In this document: positions 1-8,726 of the stretch, in pieces
Layout of the letters: each line of letters opens with the position of its first letter
Position numbering within the stretch: position 1 is the first letter of the stretch
NCBI RefSeq assembly: GCF_018398935.1
Contig: NZ_CP074694.1
Span: forward strand, 1,320,001 to 1,352,000
Length of the DNA stretch: 32,000 nt
Direction: 5' to 3'
DNA from: Telmatocola sphagniphila
GTDB taxonomy: Bacteria > Planctomycetota > Planctomycetia > Gemmatales > Gemmataceae
Translations under genes and position numbers: made by a program
Notes under the pieces: model-generated
What the model saw: only the letters and a program-made list of their open reading frames with translations
Told to the model about the DNA's origin: nothing
Database searches by the model: none

Positions 1-997
1 GAATGGACAGGAGGGTAGGCCCCAGCATCTCATTTGCATGGAACAAATGATGCAGATAAGCCCGGCTAAAATTCTTGCAACAGTAACAATCGCAATCGGA
101 CATGACGGGTCGGGGATCTCGCCGATGCTGTGCGTTCTTCAATTTCAACTGACCTTCGTGCGTGAAGGCGTGCCCATTTCTTCCGTTTCGCGTCGGCATA
201 ACACAGTCAAACATGTCAATTCCTGCCGCTACGCCTTCCAGTAGATCCTGAGGGCGACCAACTCCCATCAAATAGCGAGGTTTATTTTCCGGCAGAAAAG
301 AGGCACAGTCGGGCAGCGCGGCGTGCATTAATTCTGGTGACTCGCCGACACTGAATCCACCGAGGGCATAACCAGGAAAATCTAGGTCGACCAGGTGGCG
401 GGCACACTGCTCACGAACTCCAAGATTTATACCGCCCTGGACGATCGCAAAAAGAACTTGATCCTTTCGAACATGGGCATCCCGGCACCGTTTCGCCCAC
501 AAAATCGTACGTCGTACGGCATCCTGCATCTTTTCCAGCGGAGCATCGGCGGGGGGGCACTCGTCCAGAACCATTGCAATATCTGAGCCCAAATTCTCCT
601 GAATCTGAACGGCTCGTTCCGGAGTCAGCTCCAATAATTTGCCATCGATATGCGAGCGGAATCTGGCACCGTCATCATTGATTTTCCGGACTTCGGCGAG
701 ACTGAAGACTTGAAATCCCCCGGAGTCGGTCAGGATTGGTTTATCCCAGCCATTGAATTGATGTAATCCTCCGAGTTCGGCCACCAGATCATCGCCGGGC
801 CGTAACGCCAGGTGATAAGTATTCCCCAAGATTATCTGGGTATTGAGGGCGTGGAGTTGCTCGGGAGTGATTCCCTTGACCGTTCCCTGGGTACCTACCG
901 GCATAAAAACCGGTGTCTGAATCGACCCGTGGGGAGTCTGCATCACGCCGCGTCGGGCTAGTCCATTCTTATGGAGGAGTTTGAAATTAAATTCCAT
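1..997 (-). CDS. tgt: queuine tRNA-ribosyltransferase (tRNA-guanine transglycosylase); the C-terminal end runs off the left edge of the window
   Basis: The ORF is open to the window edge, so it is absent from the ORF track. My reverse-strand translation from the ATG (complement of 995-997) reads [36 protein letters not shown]. It continues through [17 protein letters not shown] (about 700-750) and the CxCxxC zinc motif [27 protein letters not shown] (about 20-100). All are hallmark Tgt motifs. Confidence 0.93.
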   Translation of the reverse strand, partial: MEFNFKLLHKNGLARRGVMQTPHGSIQTPVFMPVGTQGTVKGITPEQLHALNTQIILGNTYHLALRPGDDLVAELGGLHQFNGWDKPILTDSGGFQVFSLAEVRKINDDGARFRSHIDGKLLELTPERAVQIQENLGSDIAMVLDECPPADAPLEKMQDAVRRTILWAKRCRDAHVRKDQVLFAIVQGGINLGVREQCARHLVDLDFPGYALGGFSVGESPELMHAALPDCASFLPENKPRYLMGVGRPQDLLEGVAAGIDMFDCVMPTRNGRNGHAFTHEGQLKLKNAQHRRDPRPVMSDCDCYCCKNFSRAYLHHLFHANEMLGPTLLSI

Positions 998-1146
998 TTG
1001 GGCGATGTTAGAAATCTGAAAGAATTAGCCAAGCGTCTTGATGGAAATGGTCGATTTCATTTTTCGTACTCGGAACGAGCCGGCCAGAAATTTCGAAGCT
1101 TTGCGCAAGAAAAAGCCGTTAGGTGGAATGGGGAGGATAGGCGGTA

Positions 1147-3402
1147 ATGACACTGCCGACGAATATTCATTTGGCCAATTGCTGGGTCTTCACATTAGTC
1201 TCCGTCGGATGCACGTTGACCGGACGATCCCTTCTGGCACTCGCCGCCCCCAGGTACGCAAGATGTCGATTGGAGGATTGGCTGCTTTCCGCCTTCTGCG
1301 GGACCTCGCTCTGGATGCTGGTTCTGGGATCGCTTTGTCACAGCGGCTTCACCATTGCTCAAATCCGACTACCCGTCGGTGCGTTATTCCTGCTAATTTT
1401 TCTGGCAGCCGTTGGTATGCACAGATCTGCATTTTTTTTGCGCCTGCCGAGTCTGGCCTCGCTTTTTTTAATCTACATCCTCGGCAATTTGATGTGTCTT
1501 CTGCTTTGGGAACGATTTCAAAACGGAGGGTGGTATCCGATTTTCAACGACGCCAGCATTTATGCTAACTGCAGCACTTGGTTGCAGTACCATGCTTTTT
1601 CTCGGGCGGTCGATCCATTTGCACCTCACAACCCCATGAGCCAATCGATTGAGGAATTTCAGGAGTGCGGTTACCGCATGGGTGGAACATTCTTTCTGGC
1701 CTTCGTAAGTAGTTGGTTTCCCAGAAATGATACCTTCGAGGTCTTAAAACCGGTTGCCCTCTGGTGTCTGGTTCTCAACTTTGCCGGTATTTATTTGCTC
1801 GCCCGCTGGGGAATACGCTTGAATCGCTGCGGGGCGGCACTGGCCGCCGCAATAGCACATGCTTTGCCGAACCCGCTTTATCTGGCTGAAGAATATAATT
1901 TCATGCCGCAGCTTCTGGGAACATCTTTGCTCATGGTCAGTCTGGCCGTTTTGAACCGCACCCGCGTACCGTCCCGTTGGAATTTTCAGTCCGCTGTGGT
2001 TATCGCATTACTCGTCGCCGGAGTAATATCGGTCTACAGCGAATTTGCTCCCATTCTGGCAGTGGTGGCATTCTGTCACTTGCTGCTCTTGGGTACTCTG
2101 GCTTATCGAAAGCAGGAGGGAGCAAAGTTAAGTCGATTCTTTGCCGTGACGATTTTGCTTTTACTTGTGCTAGGAAATTACGAGTGGATTCGCGCCGTTC
2201 GGGCGCAATTCAATCTGGTACAGGTGGCAGTGGGCTTTGAGATTAACTGGTCTAGAAATCAGTGGTTAAACTTCATCAGCGGTGTGGATTGGAACGATCC
2301 GGAGTTCGCAAACGTAATTCCAATAGAAGTGACCTGGATTGTTTTATTTCTAATGGTCCTGGGGCTAGTCGGATCTCTGAAAAATTCCTTTAGCACCGTG
2401 TTGATGGCAACTCTGACCTTCGCGGGTTTAGCTTTATATTTTGCATTGATCGCTATTGACCCCAGCACGGGGCTGATTGGACATCGTTGGAGTTGTTTCA
2501 AAATCGTGAAATGGAGTTTTCCACTCCTTTGTGTACTGACAGCAAATGGTTTGAGCCTTATTGGATACTCATTGAATCTGAAATATCGAAGGTGGGCAGG
2601 GTGGCTTGCAATACTCGCGCTGGCATCCGTTAACCTGCAACATACATTTCCTCAGGTTGCTAGAATCATGAAAAAGCAGAGCGACCTGATGTGCCGTCAT
2701 CTGGGAGTACCGCAGCCGCGATTGTTTTTCGGAGATGCGAAAACAAAGATTCGAAATTCGAAAGCGTCGTCGGTTTATCTGGTTCGCGCTCCCAAGGATC
2801 ACTGGCCGCATAGTTTTGTGCCGTACCTTTGCTGGCCCAAACCGATGGCGAATGCCTGGCCGGGAAGTAATTTTTTAGGGAGTAATCTCAACCACGATTA
2901 TCTTCAAGAATCGCCCGGTGAGATTGGGAGCCATACGCTCTATCTGATGTGGTTCCCCCCCAGTTTCACTGCGGATTTCGATGTAATTGCCGGGAATCTC
3001 GTCAAGCTTCGGAAGGTGCAACCTTACTTCTTCGATCTGGCGTTCGGCTCTTCGAAGGATTCGGACCAATTGACGGGGAATCTCTTTGTTCCCGTTGCGG
3101 GCAAGTTTAATTGCGAGTTTCGAATCCGAGGCGGGGAAGAAGGGGAGTTGCAACATTTCCGAATTGAGATTTTTGCCAAAGCTCCGACGAGTGTGAGTAA
3201 TCTAAAACCGATTAGGACTTGCGATGTGGAATTTGAGGGCAAACTAGGCCGATGTAATATTCAGGTTGAACAAGGAATTTGGGATGCTCGAGTCACTTCC
3301 TTCTCCTCCTCAAAGCGGCGCGTGCAAAACTTCAAAGAACTCGAAATCGTCTGGAATCCCACAAACGAACAAACCGGTGAGATTGTCCCACCGGTTCATT
3401 GA
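1147..3402 (+). CDS. hypothetical polytopic membrane protein (about 13-15 TM helices plus a ~250-aa hydrophilic C-terminal domain)
   Basis: The 751-aa ORF dominates all overlapping frames, and GGAGGA lies 9 nt upstream of the ATG. Hydrophobic helices recur through aa 1-500, and the tail (aa 500-751) is hydrophilic. I cannot assign any named-family motif. Confidence 0.6.
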   Translation: MTLPTNIHLANCWVFTLVSVGCTLTGRSLLALAAPRYARCRLEDWLLSAFCGTSLWMLVLGSLCHSGFTIAQIRLPVGALFLLIFLAAVGMHRSAFFLRLPSLASLFLIYILGNLMCLLLWERFQNGGWYPIFNDASIYANCSTWLQYHAFSRAVDPFAPHNPMSQSIEEFQECGYRMGGTFFLAFVSSWFPRNDTFEVLKPVALWCLVLNFAGIYLLARWGIRLNRCGAALAAAIAHALPNPLYLAEEYNFMPQLLGTSLLMVSLAVLNRTRVPSRWNFQSAVVIALLVAGVISVYSEFAPILAVVAFCHLLLLGTLAYRKQEGAKLSRFFAVTILLLLVLGNYEWIRAVRAQFNLVQVAVGFEINWSRNQWLNFISGVDWNDPEFANVIPIEVTWIVLFLMVLGLVGSLKNSFSTVLMATLTFAGLALYFALIAIDPSTGLIGHRWSCFKIVKWSFPLLCVLTANGLSLIGYSLNLKYRRWAGWLAILALASVNLQHTFPQVARIMKKQSDLMCRHLGVPQPRLFFGDAKTKIRNSKASSVYLVRAPKDHWPHSFVPYLCWPKPMANAWPGSNFLGSNLNHDYLQESPGEIGSHTLYLMWFPPSFTADFDVIAGNLVKLRKVQPYFFDLAFGSSKDSDQLTGNLFVPVAGKFNCEFRIRGGEEGELQHFRIEIFAKAPTSVSNLKPIRTCDVEFEGKLGRCNIQVEQGIWDARVTSFSSSKRRVQNFKELEIVWNPTNEQTGEIVPPVH

Positions 3403-3423
3403 GTTTTAAGTTATTCGGATCGC

Positions 3424-4818
3424 TCAGTCGCCGCGTAATTTGATACCGAGTTCCGTCAATTTCTCTCGGATTTCAGTCAATGAAGTCTGACCGAAGTTCT
3501 TGGCTTCCAACAACTCATCGGCGGTACGGGAGACGAGTTCGCCGATGGTCAGAATCGATAGACGATTCATGCACTTGCGTGCCCGAACCGACAAGTTGAG
3601 ATCGCTGACCGGCTTGTTCATCATCGCCTGCTCTTCCGGCGACAACTGCTGCTGCGGCCGGTAGCGCATTTCATACTGCATGCCCTGTTCAAGGGACTGG
3701 CCGATTCTCAGGCCTTTGGCGCCCATGATGTTCTTAATTTCGTCGAGCGATGTCTCGCCGAAATTCTTACTGGCCAGAAGGCTGGCTTCGGTGATACGGG
3801 TCAAATCGCCGAGCGTTCGAATTCCCATCTTCTTCAGACAGTTCCGGCTGCGAACGGAGAGTTCGAAATCGGTTACCGGAACTTCCAGTACCTGCCGGAA
3901 GATCGTCGAGGATTGTTCTTCCTCGGGATTGTAATGCATCGTCAGCGAAGCGGACGCATCCTTCAGGAATAACCGCGCACGATCATCGTTGGGATCGGCC
4001 TGAAGTAACCGATTGAAGCATTCGACGGCTTTATCGTACTTGGCGTTGTCTTCGTAAAGAACGCCGAGGTTATTCAGCGTGCCTTTGTGTACCGGTGGAT
4101 ACTTCAAGCAACGTTCGTAGAAGCTGATGGCTTCGTGGTCGTTGCCCGAAAGATCGTTGAAGTAGCCGAGTTGGAAGAGGGCACCGGTATGACCGGGATC
4201 GAATTCAATCGCTTTTTCAAGCGATTTCAGAGCTTTAGCCTTGTCCCCTTCCGCCAGGGTGCACAGTGCACTCTGGTAGTGGAATTCCGCGCTGTGGCTG
4301 GCGAGTTCTTCCAGTTTGCTCAAAATTGATCGGGCGTGAGTCCAATCGCCTTTCAAGCGATAGACGTTTGCCCGTTGCAGTTGAACTTGTGGGGCGGAAT
4401 AGCCCGATTTCTCCGCTCGATCCAGGGCTTTCAAAGCTTCTTCGTGCTGCTGCAGATTCGCCAGTGCGCGGCCGTGGTAGAAATATCCCAAGGGCACTTC
4501 TGCGTGCTTGAGATTTTCGGCCGATTGATTCATGAAACCGAGGAAATAATTGGCAATACCCAACTTAAGGTGGAGTTTTTTTGCCACGGCTGGGGGCGAA
4601 GATTCGATCTTCTTGGCCAGTAGTTGAGTCACTTCCCGCAGACTCTTGAATTGGTTGCCGCCCTGGGCTAAGCCCTCGCGCAATTTCTGCACGGTTCCGG
4701 CATCGCAATCTTCCCGTTCGACCAATAGAGCTTTCAAATCGATCACGGCATCCACGTATATTTTCTCCGCAAGGTGCGCACCTTCACTGCAAGACATTCT
4801 TATATCAATTGAAGGCAT
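3424..4818 (-). CDS. TPR-repeat protein with two tandem RNA polymerase alpha-subunit C-terminal-domain (alpha-CTD) copies
   Basis: 464-aa ORF. The middle region (aa ~80-290) has repeated TPR-like A/Y/L patterns, for example ALKSLEKAIEFDPGHTGALFQLGYF and YDKAVECFNRLLQADPND. The C-terminus carries two copies of the alpha-CTD signature: ELSVRSRNCLKKMGIRTLGDL...NFGETSLDEIK and NLSVRARKCMNRLSILTIGEL...NFGQTSLTEIREKL. Confidence 0.85.
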   Translation of the reverse strand: MPSIDIRMSCSEGAHLAEKIYVDAVIDLKALLVEREDCDAGTVQKLREGLAQGGNQFKSLREVTQLLAKKIESSPPAVAKKLHLKLGIANYFLGFMNQSAENLKHAEVPLGYFYHGRALANLQQHEEALKALDRAEKSGYSAPQVQLQRANVYRLKGDWTHARSILSKLEELASHSAEFHYQSALCTLAEGDKAKALKSLEKAIEFDPGHTGALFQLGYFNDLSGNDHEAISFYERCLKYPPVHKGTLNNLGVLYEDNAKYDKAVECFNRLLQADPNDDRARLFLKDASASLTMHYNPEEEQSSTIFRQVLEVPVTDFELSVRSRNCLKKMGIRTLGDLTRITEASLLASKNFGETSLDEIKNIMGAKGLRIGQSLEQGMQYEMRYRPQQQLSPEEQAMMNKPVSDLNLSVRARKCMNRLSILTIGELVSRTADELLEAKNFGQTSLTEIREKLTELGIKLRGD

Positions 4819-4832
4819 AAGGGCAAGGTCGG

Positions 4833-4837
4833 CTAGT
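4833..4837. repeat. target-site duplication (CTAGT), left copy, flanking the IS1380-family element
   Basis: CTAGT at 4833-4837 is repeated exactly at 6693-6697, immediately outside both inverted-repeat termini. Identity could extend to GGCTAGT (4831-4837 vs 6691-6697) depending on where the IS end is drawn. Confidence 0.8.
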
Positions 4838-4858
4838 CCTTAAACAAGCGAAGTTTTT
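4838..4858. repeat. terminal inverted repeat of the IS (transposase-3' side, conventional IRR)
   Basis: CCTTAAACAAGCGAAGTTTTT pairs with the reverse complement of 6671-6691 at 18/21 positions. Weaker similarity continues inward for about 10 more nt (…CCAATT vs …GGAATT). Confidence 0.8.
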
Positions 4859-5033
4859 GATGCCAATTCCGTGGGGAGTTTTAGCGAGATAGTTCGATGA
4901 GTCCTCCGCGCCGGAGCTTTTCGCTCGGCCGAACGCATACTTCTATTTTTCAAACATTCTTCCTTTCCGCGAATAGCTCTCGGCGTTTTATCGGATCGGG
5001 ACATCCGGATCCCGACTTCAGTCGGTCGAACGA

Positions 5034-6563
5034 TCAGCACCTCAGTGCTTTCAGTAGTCGGAAGAAGATTGGCAAGTGCGGGTTCCAGCCGAGCAATCGA
5101 TAGACGATGCGGCCGGCCTTCCGGACGATCTGACAAGGCAGAAGCATGAACGCATTGAGGAAGGTTTTGAATTCCATTTTCAAAACCGACTGCTTCTGGT
5201 CCCGATGCTTTTCCCGCCAGCGACCAGGAGTTTCCGGCAACGTCAAGGCCCACCAGGCTTTCAAGTTCCAGGCCAGGGAGGCCATCACCATGTACGCCCA
5301 ATTGCTTTCCAGATCGTGCAGCGGCGCGTGCAAGGCCCGGCAACCGCCCTTGAGCTGCGCTATCAGATTTTCCTGATTGCAGCGATCGTTGGCTTCGTAG
5401 ACGACTTCCGCGGCCGTGCACTCCCGGTCGTTGGTGATGTAGAAGAAATAGCGTTCGTCCGGATACAGAACGGATTCGCCTTTTTCCACGGAAAGATTCT
5501 TGCGAATCACCACCAGGCGATACGCCCTTCGGCAAGCGGTCGGTTGGTACTCGAACTCGGCCACCGCTTCGGAGATCAACTTCACATTTACGAATTCCCG
5601 CTCTTGGACGATCCGCTCCTTGGTGTTTTCCCGTCGGTGTCGCAACTTCGCTTTCGCCGAGTATTGCGCGGGACGCTCGAGCTTGTGCCAAGCCGCTTCC
5701 GGCAGGTTTTCCGCGATTGCTTCGAGGTTTTGCTTCGAATCGTAGCCGAAATAAAAGCGTACCTTGGCGTTGGCATCCCAGCCGTCGAGGCGAGTGGTCT
5801 GCGAGAAATCGGTGTCGCCGCGAAAGACGATCCTGCGAAAGCCCGCTTGAAGGCACAGCAAAAGAGCCCGGTCGAGTTCGACCGCGGCCCCTTCGTGCGA
5901 AGGGCGATTGCCGGGACGGTTGACGATGCTCAGCGTCTCACCGGTGTTCGCCAGGGTCACCGCCAGGGGGTGGTAACACCAGTCTCTGTTATAGTTGATG
6001 TCCATCCCCGCTTTACGCTCGCCACGCGTTTGGGTAAAGCTGCCGTCGGCGTCGATCTTCGCGCATTCCCAAAAGGAATCGGGTTGCTTCGACCAGACGC
6101 GTAAACGGGTCTGGTTGAAAGCGTCGATCAAAGCCTGGATGCTGCCACTATCGAAGCGTCGACAAAAGTCGCCCGAAGTAGTCGGGTCGGGAAAACGCTG
6201 AGTGCCCAAGGCGTTGAGAAAGTTTTCGTCCGTGCGACGCAGTTCCATGTCTTGCAGGCAGGTACCCCCGCAAAGGGAATTGTAAGCGATGGCCAATACG
6301 TGGTCCGATTCCGAGTAAGGCCTTTGAAATTGGAGCAGATGCAACTTCTCGTCGATGTCGTCGATCAGTCCGATACGCCGGGCCAGAAGGTGCATGGCCC
6401 CGAGGCCTCCGCAACTGATCGCCCCCACGCGTTCGGAGACTTCGTAATGAATGTTGGAGGCGTCGAAAGAAGGAGCGAAGGTCATCGCGGCCTCTCGCTT
6501 AGCCAGACGACGTTCGATTCGACTCTTGCATTTTTGAAACCAACGTCCGAAAATAACATTCAC
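5034..6563 (-). CDS. IS1380-family DDE transposase
   Basis: The 509-aa ORF has blocks parallel to my memory of the ISEcp1 transposase: IDADGSF (IDIDSSV), NRPGNRPSHEGAA (RSGNTYTANGAA), FRGDTDF (FRMDSGY), YFFYITND (YFFFVTN), NDRCNQENLIAQLK (KRGNAENYIKEAK) and SNWAYMVMASLAWNL (FWANEAVFQMMMLSYNL). These supply the D, D, E triad. Confidence 0.9.
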   Translation of the reverse strand: MNVIFGRWFQKCKSRIERRLAKREAAMTFAPSFDASNIHYEVSERVGAISCGGLGAMHLLARRIGLIDDIDEKLHLLQFQRPYSESDHVLAIAYNSLCGGTCLQDMELRRTDENFLNALGTQRFPDPTTSGDFCRRFDSGSIQALIDAFNQTRLRVWSKQPDSFWECAKIDADGSFTQTRGERKAGMDINYNRDWCYHPLAVTLANTGETLSIVNRPGNRPSHEGAAVELDRALLLCLQAGFRRIVFRGDTDFSQTTRLDGWDANAKVRFYFGYDSKQNLEAIAENLPEAAWHKLERPAQYSAKAKLRHRRENTKERIVQEREFVNVKLISEAVAEFEYQPTACRRAYRLVVIRKNLSVEKGESVLYPDERYFFYITNDRECTAAEVVYEANDRCNQENLIAQLKGGCRALHAPLHDLESNWAYMVMASLAWNLKAWWALTLPETPGRWREKHRDQKQSVLKMEFKTFLNAFMLLPCQIVRKAGRIVYRLLGWNPHLPIFFRLLKALRC

Positions 6564-6670
6564 TCGAAACTCCTTTTTGCGACTGTCGATTTGTTAAGCG
6601 GTTACTTACACAAACCGCAGAAAACAAAAAGGATTTCGAGCTTTCTTCGATAAATCGAAACAATTCCCCA

Positions 6671-6692
6671 AAAAACTACGCTGTTTTAAGGG
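6671..6692. repeat. terminal inverted repeat of the IS (transposase-5' side, conventional IRL)
   Basis: The plus strand reads AAAAACTACGCTGTTTTAAGGG. Its reverse complement matches 4838-4858 (see the partner entry). Confidence 0.8.
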
Positions 6693-6697
6693 CTAGT
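6693..6697. repeat. target-site duplication (CTAGT), right copy
   Basis: It is an exact copy of 4833-4837 and directly abuts the IS terminus. Confidence 0.8.
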
Positions 6698-6839
6698 TCG
6701 AACGCTTAAATCTTTAAGTTCTTAAGATTGTTAGGTGAATTTTTGCAGATTTAATCAAACCTTCTTTAGAATAAGACTTAATTCTCAGAAAAAAATCCAT
6801 CATTTCATATATTTTCTTTTTAAGAAAATGGTTTGAAAG
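6698..6839 (+). promoter_or_regulatory. AT-rich intergenic region, the probable native promoter/leader of the downstream operon (and formerly of the divergent TPR/alpha-CTD gene)
   Basis: The region is visibly about 70% A+T against a ~50% GC background. It contains the palindrome CTTAAA-TC-TTTAAG (6705-6718) followed by CTTAAG. A sigma70-like pair is present: TTGCAG (6743-6748), 18 nt, TAGAAT (6767-6772). The hexamer assignment is speculative. Confidence 0.3.
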
Positions 6840-7937
6840 ATGAAATCCTCCCGAGTTCCCGCCGAGTTGCCTGCTTTTTATGCCAACGCCCTGCCTGGCT
6901 TGGAAAGTATAGCCGCGGACGAAATCCAACGCGATCTGGGTGGTGAGATCAAGCGGACCGAAAGGGGCTTGATAGTCTTCAAACTCGAACATCTCGATGA
7001 ATCGATTCTGAATCTTCGAACTACCGAAGATGTTTTCATTCTGGCTTGGGGCACTGACGCCCTGACCCATCGGGCCATCGATTTGAAGTCCATTACCCAT
7101 TGGAGTCGCAAGCCGGACTGGAAGCGACTGCTCAGTCTGCATCATTCGGTTCAACCGAAAACTAAAGGGAAACCGAGCTATCGGTTTGTCTGTCAGATGC
7201 AGGGGACGCATGTCTACCAGCGTAAACAAGCCTTAAAAGCCATGGCCGAGGGCATCCGAGAGACCGATGCAATTCCAGCAAGCTGGAAAATGGTGGAGGA
7301 GAATGGCTGGTTGGAAATCTGGCTATCCATTCACAAGGAAAGGGCAGTATGTGGGATTCGTCTATCGGATCGCACGATGCGTCATCGGACCTACAAAACG
7401 GAGCATATGCCCGCTTCATTGCGCCCGACTGTAGCGGCTGCAATGGTCCGGCTGGCAGGGGCCGCCCCCGGAATGACCGTGTTGGATCCCATGTGTGGCG
7501 CGGGAACGATTTTGGCGGAGCAAATTGAATTATCCAAGCTGCGTAGGGCCGGACGGATCGAAACTTGGGGCGGTGACTTGGACATGAATATGTTGCGGGC
7601 GGCAGTGACCAACCTGAAAAAGTTGGGGCCTTGTCTTCTCGCTCGCTGGGATGCCACCAAACTCCCTTTCGGCGCCAGTTCCGTTGAAAGAATCATCTGT
7701 AACCCACCGTTCGGCAAGCAAATTAGCGATCCGGAATCGATCAAGCCGCTGTACAGATATTTCATCAAGGAATGTAATCGCGTTCTGAAACCCGGTGGTC
7801 GGGTGGTGTTGCTCGTTTCGGATCAACCGGCACTACGTGAGGCCATCGAACATACCTCCTGGTCGGCCACCCGGCAATATTCTGTGGAAATTCTAGGGCA
7901 GGGTGCTACGATCAGTGTCTGGCAGAAACCTGCGTAG
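6840..7937 (+). CDS. THUMP-domain RNA (guanine-N2/adenine-N6 type) SAM-dependent methyltransferase
   Basis: 365-aa ORF. The N-terminal half resembles a THUMP/ferredoxin-like module. The C-terminal half has ASLRPTVAAAMVRLAG, SAM motif I VLDPMCGAGTILAE, and motif IV ICNPPFGKQ, typical of the UPF0020/RlmL/Trm14-like family. Confidence 0.8.
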   Translation: MKSSRVPAELPAFYANALPGLESIAADEIQRDLGGEIKRTERGLIVFKLEHLDESILNLRTTEDVFILAWGTDALTHRAIDLKSITHWSRKPDWKRLLSLHHSVQPKTKGKPSYRFVCQMQGTHVYQRKQALKAMAEGIRETDAIPASWKMVEENGWLEIWLSIHKERAVCGIRLSDRTMRHRTYKTEHMPASLRPTVAAAMVRLAGAAPGMTVLDPMCGAGTILAEQIELSKLRRAGRIETWGGDLDMNMLRAAVTNLKKLGPCLLARWDATKLPFGASSVERIICNPPFGKQISDPESIKPLYRYFIKECNRVLKPGGRVVLLVSDQPALREAIEHTSWSATRQYSVEILGQGATISVWQKPA

Positions 7938-7994
7938 AATTGTACATTAACGAAAACCATATCTATTTTTTGTCTGTAGGACCGAGGTGGATAG

Positions 7995-8717
7995 ATGCCG
8001 CTTTATCGCTGCCCGGAATGCAAAACGACCCTGAAGAAAAAAGAACCTGTTGAACCGGGCAAGAAGCTCAAGTGTCCCAAATGTGCTACTATTTTCGCGG
8101 CCAAACCGATAGCCGAAGAACCGGAACCCGCTTCGACGCCTAAAGCGGCAACTCCTCCCAAAGTAGAGAAGAAATCGGAAAATCTGCCTCAAAATCTGAC
8201 AGAGGCTCAGATCAAAATCCGCAAAGCCATGGCGGAGGAGGAAGAAGAATCGGCCGGTGTTTATTTGACCAAGCATGAAGTGGAAAAAGTCCTCGAAGAT
8301 GTTAACTACGGCAGTCTCCGCGATAAGTATTTCAAAAGCAAAAAAGGTCCGGCGATGGCCATGACCATCAAAGCTTCGAATTATCTGATCTTTTGGGGCG
8401 TGATTCTCGGTATTTTGGGTCTGGCCACCATTGTATTTGCCGCCTGGCCTTACATTTTCGACTCGGGAACGGGAAAACGGATGTCTCGGTCCGAAAACGT
8501 CTACCAGATCATCGTGGGCTCATCGGGGTTTCTGTGTATGATCGTGGCCACGATCATTTGCTGGGGAGCTTCAAAACTTCAAAACCTGGAATCGTATGTC
8601 TTGGCTTGGATCGGTGCAATTCTGGGGCTGCCGGTTGGCGTTTATGCGATTTACATTTTAACCCGACCGGAAGTGAAAGAAGGCTTTGAGGAAGTGGCCG
8701 AAGGAGAAGTGCAGTAA
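7995..8717 (+). CDS. zinc-ribbon (MJ0042-like CPxC...CPxC) membrane protein, function unknown
   Basis: 240-aa ORF with GAGGTGG upstream of the ATG. The N-terminus is YRCPECKTTLKKKEPVEPGKKLKCPKCATIF. A Pro/Glu/Lys-rich linker follows, then about 4 hydrophobic helices in the C-terminal 110 aa. Confidence 0.65.
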   Translation: MPLYRCPECKTTLKKKEPVEPGKKLKCPKCATIFAAKPIAEEPEPASTPKAATPPKVEKKSENLPQNLTEAQIKIRKAMAEEEEESAGVYLTKHEVEKVLEDVNYGSLRDKYFKSKKGPAMAMTIKASNYLIFWGVILGILGLATIVFAAWPYIFDSGTGKRMSRSENVYQIIVGSSGFLCMIVATIICWGASKLQNLESYVLAWIGAILGLPVGVYAIYILTRPEVKEGFEEVAEGEVQ

Positions 8718-8726
8718 GCGCTGACC

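Larger units (their letters stand above)
4838..6692 (-). mobile_element. IS1380-family insertion sequence (~1.86 kb), apparently intact
   Basis: It has a single 509-aa DDE transposase ORF. The ends are imperfect inverted repeats that begin CC: CCTTAAACAAGCGAAGTTTTT at 4838-4858 versus the reverse complement of 6671-6692, (C)CCTTAAAACAGCGTAGTTTTT, with 18/21 matches. A 5-bp direct repeat flanks the element. Size, CC ends and a 4-5-bp duplication fit my recollection of the ISfinder IS1380 family description. Confidence 0.85.

Noticed and set aside
1038-1568. A 176-aa ORF overlapping the start of the 751-aa membrane-protein gene.
   Set aside because: It lies in a different frame from the much longer ORF, which has a good Shine-Dalgarno-like GGAGGA. 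Its translation is Arg-rich with no hydrophobic periodicity or motif.
4840-6104. Two long ORFs in the track, 4840-5856 on the minus strand (338 aa) and 5076-6104 on the plus strand (342 aa).
   Set aside because: Both overlap the 509-aa IS1380 transposase frame, which has clear DDE-family motifs. Their translations are Arg/Pro/Gly-rich low-complexity sequence typical of shadow ORFs in GC-rich coding DNA.
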